From: an uncultured Verrucomicrobiae bacterium
GTDB lineage: Bacteria; Verrucomicrobiota; Verrucomicrobiia; Chthoniobacterales; JAFAMB01
DNA length: 64,000 nt
Reading direction: 5' to 3'
NCBI GenBank assembly: GCA_963837955.1
Contig: CAWIPH010000002.1
Coordinates: 1,888,001 to 1,952,000, forward strand
A program made the position numbers and the translations under genes. The notes beneath the pieces were generated by a model that was given only the letters and a program-made list of their open reading frames with translations, searched no databases and was not told where the DNA came from. Of this stretch, positions 30,070-40,042 are shown piece by piece; positions within the stretch are counted from its first letter, which is position 1, and every line of letters starts with the position of its first letter.

Positions 30070-30823
30070 GACCGGTTCGACTCTGCGTCGAGTTAACGTA
30101 GCTCGATCGCTTCAGTGTTTTGTTATCCTTATTCCGTGGGACCGAGTAGTCCGAGCGAGAACCATTCGGCGCTGCCTGGCAGAGCTAGCTCATCGCTCAA
30201 GTACCTCGACAAATTGAGCTTTAGCTCGGTTATCGCGGCCAGGGATTTTCGGTCGTTTTGCAATGCTGATTTCGCAGTGATTGCTCACAGAAGAAGAGAA
30301 GACCTCCGAGAGCACGGCTCTACGGTTTATCCTTCCGGCCGGACCCTTTGTACACAGAACCTTACCTAACGCTGCGCTTACGGGTCGTGGATTCCTGCTT
30401 TTTTCGAGTTGGCTGCTGATCGTTTTCTCCCCCCCGGATAGCCTGCTAGACGATGCGCCGCCGGTCGAAATAGGAGCGCACTGGTAGTCGGCGGGGTTAA
30501 TATCTTTCATTTATCATTCCTATTATAGGTTCCGTAGAACCCAGCCCTTTTCCGGAAAGAATAAGAACCATTGGCAGGCTTGCTTGTTGGACTACTTCCA
30601 CAGCTTTCTGGTACAGTTTAGAAAGTAGTTTTTGGTAGGATAGAGTTTGCTTCGTCCGCTAGGACAGGAGTTGATAATTCGAGCTGAAGGTCAGTCCGAC
30701 TAACCCTTCGCCTTGGTGATCTGCGAGTTTTAATCGCAAGGATTACCGGTAGGCAACCGCAGAGGGTTAACATCAACACGGCTGGAGATAGCTCGCCGTC
30801 TGAAACTCAACCTGAGGAGGGCT

Positions 30824-32683
30824 ATGCCTTTTCTTTTGAAGTTGAAAAATCGCCGTCGCGGTAAGATCCCGACGGCTACGTGCGGCGTTGTCCGCCGCGC
30901 GGTTACGCTATTAACGATTTCCCTCGGCGCTTTGGGTATTTCGCCAATGGTTATCGCGCAACAGCCGCAAGTGACAGGTCAGTGGGTGACGCTGCCCTAT
31001 TCGATGCCGATCAATCCGATTCATGTGGGCATGATGCATACTGGCAAAGTACTGATCGTTGCCGGATCGGAGAACAATCCGAAGAACCATCATCTAAATC
31101 AGTCCAAAGCGGCCGTGTGGGATCTCGGCGGCGGGGACATAACCCAGGGTAAGATCACCCAGACACCGAACCTAACCTGGGATGTTTTCTGCAACGGCTG
31201 GGCATTTTTTCCTGATGGACGCTGCTTGGTTATCGGCGGCACGGCACAATATGACCCCTTTCACGGAGAACCGCGAACTACGGTCTTCGACCCGCTGACG
31301 GAGCAGTTCAGCCAGATGCAATATATGGCGCACGGCCGCTGGTACGCGACCGGCATCGTTCTGGCTGACGGGCGCATCATGGCGTTCTCGGGCCTCAATG
31401 AGCTTGGTGTGGTTAACAACCAAGTCGAATTTTACACGGTCGGATCTGGCTGGAGCAGCCCGATCACAGCGCCTTACAATCCGAAGCTCTATCCGTGGCT
31501 CCATGTCCTGCCAGACGGTCGTGTCTTCAATTCGGGAAGTTCACCGTTTTCGAATATGTTCGACCCGACTAGCCAGACCTGGACGGTAAATTTTGCGAAA
31601 ACCTCGACCGGCATAGGCCGTACCTACGGAAACTCCGTTCTGCTGCCGCTTCTACCGCCGAATTATGCCGCACGCGTGATGATCCTGGGCGGTCGCATGC
31701 CGAATGCCACAGCGACAACTGAAATCATCGATTTCTCCAAATCTACCCCGACTTGGGTTAGGATGGGAGATATGCCGTCAGGAGCCCGCATTGAGGGCAA
31801 CTCGGTGCTTCTTCCGAACGGCAAGCTCCTAGTGCAAGGCGGGTCGAGGGTGAATAACGACGCAACCACCGCGACGCTCGGAGCCGACCTGTTCGATCCG
31901 GCGACTGGATCGTGGTCATCAACCAAGCCCGGCGGCGCCGGTTTCGCGACGTTCGCGCGCATGTATCACTCGGTGGCGCTGCTCCTTCCGGATGCGACCG
32001 TTGCCACGGCCGGCTCCAATCCGCAACGCGGCGTTTGGGACAATCATATAGAGATTTACTCACCCGCTTACTTATTCGACGCGAACGGCAATCCAGCCAC
32101 GCGGCCGGTCATTACCGGCGCGCCTTCGCGAATCGGTTACAATTCCGTCCCTTTCAAAGTCCAAACCCCAGACGCGCTCAACATCCGGTCGGTGGTCCTG
32201 ATCAAGCCAGGCTCAGATACACACGCCTATGACATGGAGCAGCGACTGGTCGGTTTGACGTTCACGGCGACCTCTGGCGAGCTCACGGTAAATGCACCGC
32301 CGAATTCGAACCTTGCTCCGCCCGGCTATTACATGCTGTTCGTACTGAACCAGGCGGGCGTGCCGTCGGTCGCAACGTTTGTCCAAGTGTCACCGCACCC
32401 GACGGATCAGCCCCCCAAGGGGACGATTACCGCGCCTACGGGTGACGTAACCATTAAGGCGGGCCAGGCGGTCAACTTTGCGGGGACGGGCACTTCCGCC
32501 GATGGTTCTGTGACGTACTCATGGTACTTTCCGGAAGGGACTCCAGACTCAAGCGGGGCGCCCAGTCCTGGGGCGATTGTGTTCCCGAATGCGGGAACGT
32601 ACGTCGTGTCGCTGACTACCGTCGATAACAAAGGGGTTAATGATCCGAGTCCGCCAACCCTGAGGATCACGGTGCAACCATGA
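30824..32683 (+). CDS. Secreted galactose-oxidase-like copper radical oxidase (AA5/GlxA-like; kelch, DUF1929 and PKD domains)
   Basis: VFCNG (Cys), GRWY, LYPW (Tyr), RMYHS (Tyr-His), DTHAY (His), PPGYYMLF; C-terminal PKD; RBS GAGGAGG. Confidence 0.88.
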   Translation: MPFLLKLKNRRRGKIPTATCGVVRRAVTLLTISLGALGISPMVIAQQPQVTGQWVTLPYSMPINPIHVGMMHTGKVLIVAGSENNPKNHHLNQSKAAVWDLGGGDITQGKITQTPNLTWDVFCNGWAFFPDGRCLVIGGTAQYDPFHGEPRTTVFDPLTEQFSQMQYMAHGRWYATGIVLADGRIMAFSGLNELGVVNNQVEFYTVGSGWSSPITAPYNPKLYPWLHVLPDGRVFNSGSSPFSNMFDPTSQTWTVNFAKTSTGIGRTYGNSVLLPLLPPNYAARVMILGGRMPNATATTEIIDFSKSTPTWVRMGDMPSGARIEGNSVLLPNGKLLVQGGSRVNNDATTATLGADLFDPATGSWSSTKPGGAGFATFARMYHSVALLLPDATVATAGSNPQRGVWDNHIEIYSPAYLFDANGNPATRPVITGAPSRIGYNSVPFKVQTPDALNIRSVVLIKPGSDTHAYDMEQRLVGLTFTATSGELTVNAPPNSNLAPPGYYMLFVLNQAGVPSVATFVQVSPHPTDQPPKGTITAPTGDVTIKAGQAVNFAGTGTSADGSVTYSWYFPEGTPDSSGAPSPGAIVFPNAGTYVVSLTTVDNKGVNDPSPPTLRITVQP

Positions 32684-33116
32684 CGATCACGGCTTCCAGA
32701 TCGAGCCGTTCGCGTTATCATTCTGAGTTCACAGAATAGGCGCCGTTCAGGCCGGTCTCAGAATCTTCAATACAGAATCAGATCTTGTGTTGAAGGCTTA
32801 GATGCGAACCTGGTAGTTCTCTTTTAAATGTGTCTAGTTAGGGGGACGGCAGCGCCTCTTTTACCATTTCGGCAAGGTGGGCCTCGCGGTCTACAGTGCG
32901 GCGACACCTCCGTTTCCTGAACCCTCCGCAAACGTGACTGGGACCGAGACAACCCGGCATCGTGGCTATGACCTCAATGCGAAAAACTCACCCCGGGGAA
33001 CTGCTCTCGGTCGGCGGAAGCAAAGATATTCCTTCCAACCAGAGGCTGCGCCGTGCTAAAAGCTTCCGCACTCCAGCAAAAAACGCTGAATTAATTAACT
33101 ATAAGAGATATTGTCA

Positions 33117-34730
33117 ATGTATTCTAAAACAGCACACCATCGTGTTTTTCTGCTAGCCCTGGCACTAGCAATTCCCCTTGTTGCCTCAAGCCGGGCCCAA
33201 GATAGTAGCACAGCCGACAGCAGCCAAAATCCCGCCGTTGCTGCGGATGTTCTGCAGGAACCCGACGTTCAAGACCTTGGTCGACGTTCGCCTGGAGCGA
33301 TGATCGATATCCTGGTGACTGTTCGCTTCAATCATGAAGATGCACTCGAGCAATTGCTTTCGGAACAGAGCGACCCCAGTTCCGCCAACTACCACAAGTA
33401 CCTAACGCCAGCAGAGTTTGCCCAAAGGTTTGGACCTACAGCCGAGCAGCTCAGCCAAGTCGTTACCGAGCTCCAGAGAGCCGGATTTCAAATAACCGAC
33501 ACCTCTACTAACCGGCTGATAATCCATGCCAGCGCACCGACGATCACCGTAGAGAACTATTTCAAGACCGAGATTCACACGGTGAACCAGGAGTCATCTG
33601 AGCGCTACATGAACGTAACGCCGGCAATGTTTCCTGACCGGCTGGTGTCATTGGTAAAAGCCGTACGACTTGATAACCTGACCGTAGCGCACAAACTCAG
33701 CGCCGAAAATATCGTTCCGAACTCAATCAGTGGTCCGATCACTGGGCCAGACGGCGGATATACTCCCGTAGCGCTGGCTGATAGTTTCGATTTTCCGGTG
33801 CAGCATGGCTATGATGGGACCGGTCATACTGCCGCTGTCATCATCGATTCCGACGTTGCGGACACTGATTTAAATACCTTCTTTTCCTATTTCAGTATCA
33901 GTCGGACAGGTACAATAACCCGCAAGTCGGTAGACGGAGCAACGATCGGCAAGAAGACCGCTGACGTCGACGAAACCGCGCTGGATGTTGAGACAATTGC
34001 CAGTCTGGCACCAGGGGCCAATGTCATTATTTATCTGATCCCGCGATTGAGTTCCGTAGCTATCGACGATGCAGCCAACAAAATCGTATCCGACAACACG
34101 GCTGAAGTCGTAAACATGAGCTTTGGCGGTAACGAATTTAAGGATGCGACTTTTGAATCAGCTCTTCAGCAGGGTAATGCGCAAGGGATCACTTTCGTCG
34201 CTTCCAGTGGCGATAGCGGATCGAATGGTGGAATCGTCAGTACGCCTGCGGCCGAACCACGTGTCTTAGCCCTAGGCGGAACCAAACTCACTGCTAATAA
34301 AGCCACCGGCGCTTATGTAGCAGAGAAGGCTTGGCATGGTTCGGGGGGCGGTGTGTCAAAGATCTTCACCATCCCTACCTACCAGCAAGGAACCTCCGGA
34401 TTGGCATCGACAACCCATCGGAACGTGCCGGATGTCGCATTCCCTTCCTATTATACGGATACGTTTGTCAGCGGCGGTTGGGTCGGGCTTCAAGGTACTT
34501 CCTGGAGTTCACCCACCTATGTGGGGTTACAGCTGGAGATTAACCAGATCAAGAGTCAGCGTTTTGGGCTGGTCAATACAAACCTCTATCAGGTATTCAG
34601 CGCATCCGGGTACACCAATTTCCACGACATTACCGCTGGCAATAACGGTAAATACAGAGCGAAGTCAGGATACGATAACGTCACGGGCATAGGCTCGCCA
34701 AAAGGCTTCACGCTCGGAGGCAATCTCTAA
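33117..34730 (+). CDS. Secreted S53 (kumamolisin/sedolisin) peptidase
   Basis: Signal peptide; prodomain YHKYLTPAEFAQRFGP; ETALD, SSGDSG, GTSWSSP and GYDNVTGIGSP. Confidence 0.92.
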   Translation: MYSKTAHHRVFLLALALAIPLVASSRAQDSSTADSSQNPAVAADVLQEPDVQDLGRRSPGAMIDILVTVRFNHEDALEQLLSEQSDPSSANYHKYLTPAEFAQRFGPTAEQLSQVVTELQRAGFQITDTSTNRLIIHASAPTITVENYFKTEIHTVNQESSERYMNVTPAMFPDRLVSLVKAVRLDNLTVAHKLSAENIVPNSISGPITGPDGGYTPVALADSFDFPVQHGYDGTGHTAAVIIDSDVADTDLNTFFSYFSISRTGTITRKSVDGATIGKKTADVDETALDVETIASLAPGANVIIYLIPRLSSVAIDDAANKIVSDNTAEVVNMSFGGNEFKDATFESALQQGNAQGITFVASSGDSGSNGGIVSTPAAEPRVLALGGTKLTANKATGAYVAEKAWHGSGGGVSKIFTIPTYQQGTSGLASTTHRNVPDVAFPSYYTDTFVSGGWVGLQGTSWSSPTYVGLQLEINQIKSQRFGLVNTNLYQVFSASGYTNFHDITAGNNGKYRAKSGYDNVTGIGSPKGFTLGGNL

Positions 34731-34768
34731 TCCGAAAAGGGAAGGGGATTCGCAGGTCGCCGCGCTTT

Positions 34769-34798
34769 GTGGGAAGCTGCTCGCAGCTTCCCACTTTT
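34769..34798 (+). terminator. Hairpin plus T-tract after the S53 gene (terminator or REP)
   Basis: GTGGGAAGCTGC-TC-GCAGCTTCCCAC followed by TTTT. Confidence 0.6.
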
Positions 34799-34940
34799 GG
34801 GGGAGAGGCGGGGGCGAAGAGCGAGGGCAAGTATTTAGGATCCAGGAGTTAGGATTTAGTATTTAGGATCTAAGAACATTTCGATCTCGGTCCGCCGAAG
34901 GTTGGTATTTAGGATCTAGGAGAAGATTTCGATCCCGGTA

Positions 34941-35246
34941 CGCCGAAGGCGTTAGAGGACTCAGCCCGGGGTGGAGGCTTTGCACAACCCCGGGTAACCC
35001 CAAAAATGCGTCCCGCTCTGAAAGAGCGCGAGAAATCTGAGGAGCTTGGTTACGGCCGCGACAATCTATTTGAGCCGACGCTGAGTAAGGGGATCTAGAA
35101 GGGGCGTTCATGTCGTCGATGGAGTCGGTAATGAGTGCCGTTCTGCCCGATGGTCTTGCGCTCTTTCAGAGCGGACGCGAATTTTTGGGTTACCCGGGGT
35201 TGCGCAAAGCCTCCACCCCGGGCTGAGTCCTCTAACGCCTTCCGAC
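34941..35246. repeat. ~300 bp palindromic REPIN/MITE-like element, family A copy 1
   Basis: Perfect 39 bp inverted repeat 34945-34983 / 35204-35242 within arms of ~95 bp; homologous to 52885-53202. Confidence 0.9.
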
Positions 35247-35303
35247 TTCGCCACCGATTAGCCGTAGTTCGAACGTCGGGAAGGCTTCGTCGGACACGTC
35301 GGC
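35239..35303 (-). repeat. Dispersed repeat family B copy 1
   Basis: Reverse complement GCCGACGTGTCCGACGAAGCC..GGCGAAGTCGGAAG matches 44284-44348. Confidence 0.8.
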
Positions 35304-35507
35304 GTACCGAGATCGAAGCCTTCTCCCACATCCTAAGTACTAACTCCCTAAATAGTTAATTCCGAGCTTCTAGATTCGAACTTCCAGATTCGGATCTACA
35401 TTTCCAGTCGTACACCGTCTCGACCTCATAGCCGCTTCCTTGCGAGCCTTGCGGATAAAATGGCTTACTTCTGGTCCTTGCTCCTTGCTCCCGGGATCCC
35501 TTCCCCC

Positions 35508-37046
35508 TCAGTACGCTTTCCCAAACACCACTCGTCCCTTACTGGGCTTGCCCGAAAACGGACACTTCCCTGGTTCGCCCCGGAGTTCCGGCGAGAATGG
35601 AATACAGCGGATCGTGACTTTGAGGTCTTCTTTGATTTGGGCTTCCACTTCGGCATCGCCGGACCAATGGGCTAACGCAAAGCCACCATGAATCTCCGGT
35701 TTCTCGGCGTTCTTTGGGGTAAAGAAGTCATAGAAGTCGGCCTTGGAATCGATCCGCACAGTGTACTGATCGCGGAACGTTCTCGCACGGGTAAACAGGT
35801 TGCTCTGAATCTCTTCAAGTGTCGCGGCCAAGGTTTGCACAACTTGGGTTGCCGGCAGAAAGGCTTTTTCTTTCGCGGGCCGATCGCGTCGCGCAACTGC
35901 AACCGTACCTTTTTCCAGATCGCGAGGTCCAAGCTCGATGCGGATTGGGATACCGCGTTTGATCCACTCCCAATTCTTGACGCCACCCCCGAGATCGCGC
36001 CGATCCACTTCAACGACGAGCGGTTCACCGGCGTAGTGTTGTTGCCGAAGTTCCGCAGCGAGTTTGTCGGCAGCTTCCCAAACGGTTGCTCGATGTTCCG
36101 GCTTAGGCACCACGGGAAGAATCACGACGTGGCTTGGCGCGATACGCGGCGGTAGAATGGCGCCATCGTCGTCGGCATGAGTCATGATGATCTCTCCGAC
36201 CAAACGCGTACTGACACCCCAGCTGGTGGTCCAACCAAATTCCTGGGTGCCGTTCCGAGAGAGAAAACGAATGTTGGAAGCTTTGGCAAAATTCTGCCCA
36301 AGGAAATGAGAGGTGCCCGATTGGACGGCCTTGCGGTCTTGCATCATGGCCTCAATGCAAAGAGTGTTGACAGCACCAGGGAAACGTTCGCTCTCGGTTT
36401 TTTCACCTTCGTAGATCGGAATAGCCAAGTATTCCTCGGCGAATTGCCGATAAATATTGAGCATTTGCAGCGTCTCAGCTTCCGCTTCTTCCTTGCTCTC
36501 GTGGACAGTGTGCCCTTCCTGCCAAAGAAATTCTGTGGTCCGCAAGAAGACGCGCGGACGCATTTCCCAACGGACCACGTTAGCCCATTGGTTAATCAAC
36601 AGGGGCAGGTCACGATACGATTGAACCCACTTGGCAAAGGTTGCGCCGATGATGGTTTCCGAAGTTGGGCGGATGACCAATGGCTCAGTCAGTTCAGCCG
36701 AAGGCGCCGGCCGCATCTTGCCGTCGGGTCCGACCTCCAAGCGGTGATGCGTAACGACCGCGCATTCCTTGGCGAAGCCTTCCACATGCTCAGCCTCTTT
36801 TTCCATGTAACTGAGCGGGATGAACAGCGGGAAATAGGCGTTACGATGTCCGGTCGCTTTGAACATCACGTTGAGTTGTTTCTGGATGTTTTCCCAAATG
36901 CCGAAGCCCCATGGCTTGATCACCATGCAGCCGCGCACTTCGGAGTTCTCGGCCAGATCCGCTGCACGAACGACCTGTTGATACCACTCGGGAAAATCTT
37001 CGACTCGCGTAGGCGAGATGGCTGATTTGATGGCGGCGTCACTCAT
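35508..37046 (-). CDS. proS: Proline--tRNA ligase (archaeal/eukaryotic type)
   Basis: RPTSET, NQWANVVRWE.R..FLRTTEFLWQEGH, GTSHFLGQNF, C-terminal FGKAY. Confidence 0.97.
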   Translation of the reverse strand: MSDAAIKSAISPTRVEDFPEWYQQVVRAADLAENSEVRGCMVIKPWGFGIWENIQKQLNVMFKATGHRNAYFPLFIPLSYMEKEAEHVEGFAKECAVVTHHRLEVGPDGKMRPAPSAELTEPLVIRPTSETIIGATFAKWVQSYRDLPLLINQWANVVRWEMRPRVFLRTTEFLWQEGHTVHESKEEAEAETLQMLNIYRQFAEEYLAIPIYEGEKTESERFPGAVNTLCIEAMMQDRKAVQSGTSHFLGQNFAKASNIRFLSRNGTQEFGWTTSWGVSTRLVGEIIMTHADDDGAILPPRIAPSHVVILPVVPKPEHRATVWEAADKLAAELRQQHYAGEPLVVEVDRRDLGGGVKNWEWIKRGIPIRIELGPRDLEKGTVAVARRDRPAKEKAFLPATQVVQTLAATLEEIQSNLFTRARTFRDQYTVRIDSKADFYDFFTPKNAEKPEIHGGFALAHWSGDAEVEAQIKEDLKVTIRCIPFSPELRGEPGKCPFSGKPSKGRVVFGKAY

Positions 37047-38158
37047 TGGCGAAAAGAAAGCAGAAAAGTGCGGAAGAATTGAACACCGCGTTCCAGTTCG
37101 GCGACCTCAATGAATTCATCGGCGGTGTGAGCTTGCTTAATCGAACCGGGTCCTAGGGCAACCGCAGGTATTCCGTGATCCGCAAAATGCGCCGCATCGC
37201 AAAACCAGGAGGCGCCGGCTAGTGGTGCACCATGCGAGACGAGTTTTTGAATAAGGGGATGATTTGGATCGGTATGCATTGGATTCGAGATTTTGAGCGG
37301 TCGGACGGTGATGGCCGGGTGTCGGTCACGCAGAAAATTTTGCACGGCGCTTACCATCTTCTCCTGCCCGGGAACAGTGCGGATGTCGACCTCCGAAACG
37401 CAGTAGTCAGGCACCACGTTGATCTTTGTTCCGGCCCGGATGGTTCCCAGGCTGATCGTGGGCGGACCCAGCAGCGAGTTTTCGGGGGCAGCGCAGAGCA
37501 GTGGAAATGCAGCCTTCAGATCGGCATAGGCTTTCGTCAGCAACTCGATAGCGTTGATGCCCTCAGCCGGAGTCGAAGCGTGAACCGATTTGCCGCGGGC
37601 TGCCAGCTCCATCCAAGCGGTACCTTTGTTTGAGTAAACAACCGTCAGATCGGTGGGTTCGCCGACAATAACCAGGTCCGCCTTCGTGTTCTTCGCGCAA
37701 ACCCTAGCCCCGATCTGGTCTGCTTCCTCGTCCGCCAATCCGGCAAAACCGACAGTGACGTTCAACTGCGACAAATCAGTGGTGGCGATCGCCCAGAGCA
37801 TTGCCGCCATCGGTCCCTTGGTATCGCTGGCGCCACGACCGTAGATCCGGCCATCGCGTAGCTCTGCGGCAAAGGGATCTATCGTCATGCCACGCGCTGG
37901 GACCGTATCGAGATGGGGCGCAAATAAGATCCGATGCGCGGAATTGGCGGGCTCGGGAAACCACCCGTAAACATTCGGACGTCCGGGTGCGATCGATTCA
38001 AATTGCACTGTCGCGCCGCGATCAGTCAGAAAATCGGCAACGAACTGAGCCATGGCAGCTTCGGCCTGGCTTTCTGGAGCGCCGGAAGGGTTCTCGCTCG
38101 GGATCCTTACCAGCGCCTGGCAAAGTTGCTCTACGGTTTCGATTTGATTGGGATTCAT
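37043..38158 (-). CDS. M20 family metallo-hydrolase (ArgE/DapE-like)
   Basis: HLDTVP, GRGASDTKG, DEE, VGEPT, AHTADE. Confidence 0.9.
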   Translation of the reverse strand: MNPNQIETVEQLCQALVRIPSENPSGAPESQAEAAMAQFVADFLTDRGATVQFESIAPGRPNVYGWFPEPANSAHRILFAPHLDTVPARGMTIDPFAAELRDGRIYGRGASDTKGPMAAMLWAIATTDLSQLNVTVGFAGLADEEADQIGARVCAKNTKADLVIVGEPTDLTVVYSNKGTAWMELAARGKSVHASTPAEGINAIELLTKAYADLKAAFPLLCAAPENSLLGPPTISLGTIRAGTKINVVPDYCVSEVDIRTVPGQEKMVSAVQNFLRDRHPAITVRPLKISNPMHTDPNHPLIQKLVSHGAPLAGASWFCDAAHFADHGIPAVALGPGSIKQAHTADEFIEVAELERGVQFFRTFLLSFRQ

Positions 38159-39108
38159 CGAGTGGCGTGTTTTTGCCGATACCAGTCCACAAACTTTGGA
38201 ATTCCTTTTTTAATCAGGGTGGTGGGTCGGTAGTTCAGCAATTTTCTTGCCTTAGTGATGTCGGCGTAGGTCCGCGGCATATCCCCTGGGACCGGCGGGC
38301 GGAAATCGATTGTCGCTGTCCGCCCAAGTGCTTTTTCTATTTCGCGGATCATTGCCAGTAGATCGATATTGTCACTCTCTCCCAGATTAAAGATCTCGAA
38401 TGGAGCGCCCCGGAAGTCGATCGCGCCGAGCACCCCTTGAATCGTATCGTCCACGTAGGTAAAATCGCGGGCGGCTGAGCCGTCACCATAGACCTCGATT
38501 GGTTTCCCGTTCGCGATCAGGTGCGTGAACCGATGAATCGACAGGTCTGGTCTTTGGCGAGGGCCATAGACCGTGAAGAACCGCAGGCAAACGACTTGAA
38601 GCCCGTACAGATAGGAATAGGTGGAGCAGAGGTGCTCGCCGGCCAACTTCGTGCTGGCATAGGGACTGAGCGTTTGCAAGAGCGGCTGATCTTCGCGAAA
38701 CGGCAATTCCCGAGTTGCTCCGTAAACGGAAGAACTGGAAGCAAAGATAAACCGCGGCACAGCATTTTGTCGGGCAGCCTCGAGAAGGTTAAAGGTGCCG
38801 AAAATATTGGTTCGCAAGTAGAGCTCCGGGAATTGAACCGAAGGACGGACGCCGGCGCGAGCAGCGAGATGGACGATAGCGTCCGGTTTTTCCGCAGCTA
38901 AGGCCTTTACAACAGCCGCCTGATCGCACAGATCGATCTCGTGGATCTGAACGGAGTGGGGGAAGGCGCTCACGTTGGAGCGCTTGATGGCCGGATCGTA
39001 GAAATCATTGAAGTTATCGATTACCGACACCGTGTCGCCTCGAGCGACAAGAGCTTCAACGAGATGGGAGCCGATAAAGCCGGCACCCCCGGTGACCAAT
39101 AGCTTCAT
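38155..39108 (-). CDS. NAD-dependent epimerase (UDP-glucuronate 4-epimerase-like)
   Basis: TGGAGFIG, HLAARAGVR, SSSSVYG, YASTK, FFTVYGPRQRPD. Confidence 0.92.
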   Translation of the reverse strand: MKLLVTGGAGFIGSHLVEALVARGDTVSVIDNFNDFYDPAIKRSNVSAFPHSVQIHEIDLCDQAAVVKALAAEKPDAIVHLAARAGVRPSVQFPELYLRTNIFGTFNLLEAARQNAVPRFIFASSSSVYGATRELPFREDQPLLQTLSPYASTKLAGEHLCSTYSYLYGLQVVCLRFFTVYGPRQRPDLSIHRFTHLIANGKPIEVYGDGSAARDFTYVDDTIQGVLGAIDFRGAPFEIFNLGESDNIDLLAMIREIEKALGRTATIDFRPPVPGDMPRTYADITKARKLLNYRPTTLIKKGIPKFVDWYRQKHATR

Positions 39109-39119
39109 AATAGAGGATA

Positions 39120-39330
39120 CAGGAGTCGGGAGTCGGGAGGCGGCGACTGTCTCGAAGTCGCCATAAATCCGGAATCTAGAAGCCTGTCGGCGAACCGTGA
39201 ACGGCGAACGGCAAACGGTCAAACGGAAACGCGGTCGAGGGTCCAGGAAACGGCAGGGTTTGCGAAGTCGGGAGCCGGTCCACCTGCAACGCGCAACCTG
39301 CAACCTGTAACTTGTAACCTCAAACCTTTA
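39120..39330. repeat. Heptamer tandem-repeat arrays
   Basis: GGAGTCG x2; GAACCGT/GAACGGC/GAACGGC/AAACGGT; CCTGCAA/CGCGCAA/CCTGCAA/CCTGTAA/CTTGTAA/CCTCAAA/CCTTTAA. Confidence 0.8.
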
Positions 39331-39377
39331 ACCCCCTTGACAACCGACTCGGTCGCGCCGGTAATTGGAGATAGCCC

Positions 39378-39614
39378 ATGCCGGAAGAGAAAAAGAAATT
39401 GGCACGAATTCCGCTGCCACCTAGACAGGCGGCGGAGGAGACTCAGGAGTACACGGATGTATCGCTGTTAGCGGCGGGCGCCAATACCAGCGAGCGATTG
39501 ATGGCCAAGGTACCTCCCTCGAGGAGGGATCCCTGGGTCGTCCCGCTCGCTTCCTTGGTACTCGCTTTTTCCGCGATATCGCTTATCGTAGAATGTCTGG
39601 TAGCTTTTAGTTGA
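39378..39614 (+). CDS. Small hypothetical membrane protein
   Basis: RBS GGAG, single C-terminal hydrophobic helix, TTGACA at 39337. Confidence 0.55.
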   Translation: MPEEKKKLARIPLPPRQAAEETQEYTDVSLLAAGANTSERLMAKVPPSRRDPWVVPLASLVLAFSAISLIVECLVAFS

Positions 39615-39654
39615 GGACCGAATGGTCATTAACCTCCTAAATTCTAATCATATT

Positions 39655-39984
39655 ATGTCTACTGCTTCGGTTATACATTTAAACGAATCCAATTTTGATC
39701 AGGCAATCAGCGAATCTCCGGTACCCATTTTAGTCGATTTTTGGGCGTCCTGGTGTGGGCCTTGCCGAATGATCGCTCCAGTATTGGATGAGATCGCGAA
39801 AGAAGAGGGCGAAAAAGTGAAAATCGCGAAGGTGGATGTGGACAACAGTCCAACTCTTTCCAGCCGATTCGGGATTCGGAACATCCCGACTCTCCTTTTC
39901 TTCAAAGGGGGCGAAGTGAAAGATCAAGTGGTCGGGCTGACTAGCAAGGCCGATTTGGTTTCCCGTCTAAAAACCCTTAAATAA
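39655..39984 (+). CDS. trxA: Thioredoxin
   Basis: VDFWASWCGPCR, IPTLL. Confidence 0.96.
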   Translation: MSTASVIHLNESNFDQAISESPVPILVDFWASWCGPCRMIAPVLDEIAKEEGEKVKIAKVDVDNSPTLSSRFGIRNIPTLLFFKGGEVKDQVVGLTSKADLVSRLKTLK

Positions 39985-40042
39985 TCGCGTCGCAACTTCT
40001 GGTGGTGGCGTCGCGTCTTAATCCCCTGAAAGAATTGAAATA

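Noticed and set aside
30115..30510. Overlapping short ORFs between the lipoprotein and the oxidase
   Set aside because: No recognisable motifs and conflicting frames; may be a decayed gene but cannot be supported
34830..35355. Possible CRISPR array, or the short ORFs at 34863-35359
   Set aside because: The repeats are inverted and nested, not regularly spaced direct repeats with unique spacers; no cas genes; the ORFs are translations of the palindrome
36177..37025. 282 aa plus-strand ORF (and similar antisense ORFs elsewhere)
   Set aside because: Antisense to proS; long shadow ORFs are expected in GC-rich coding DNA
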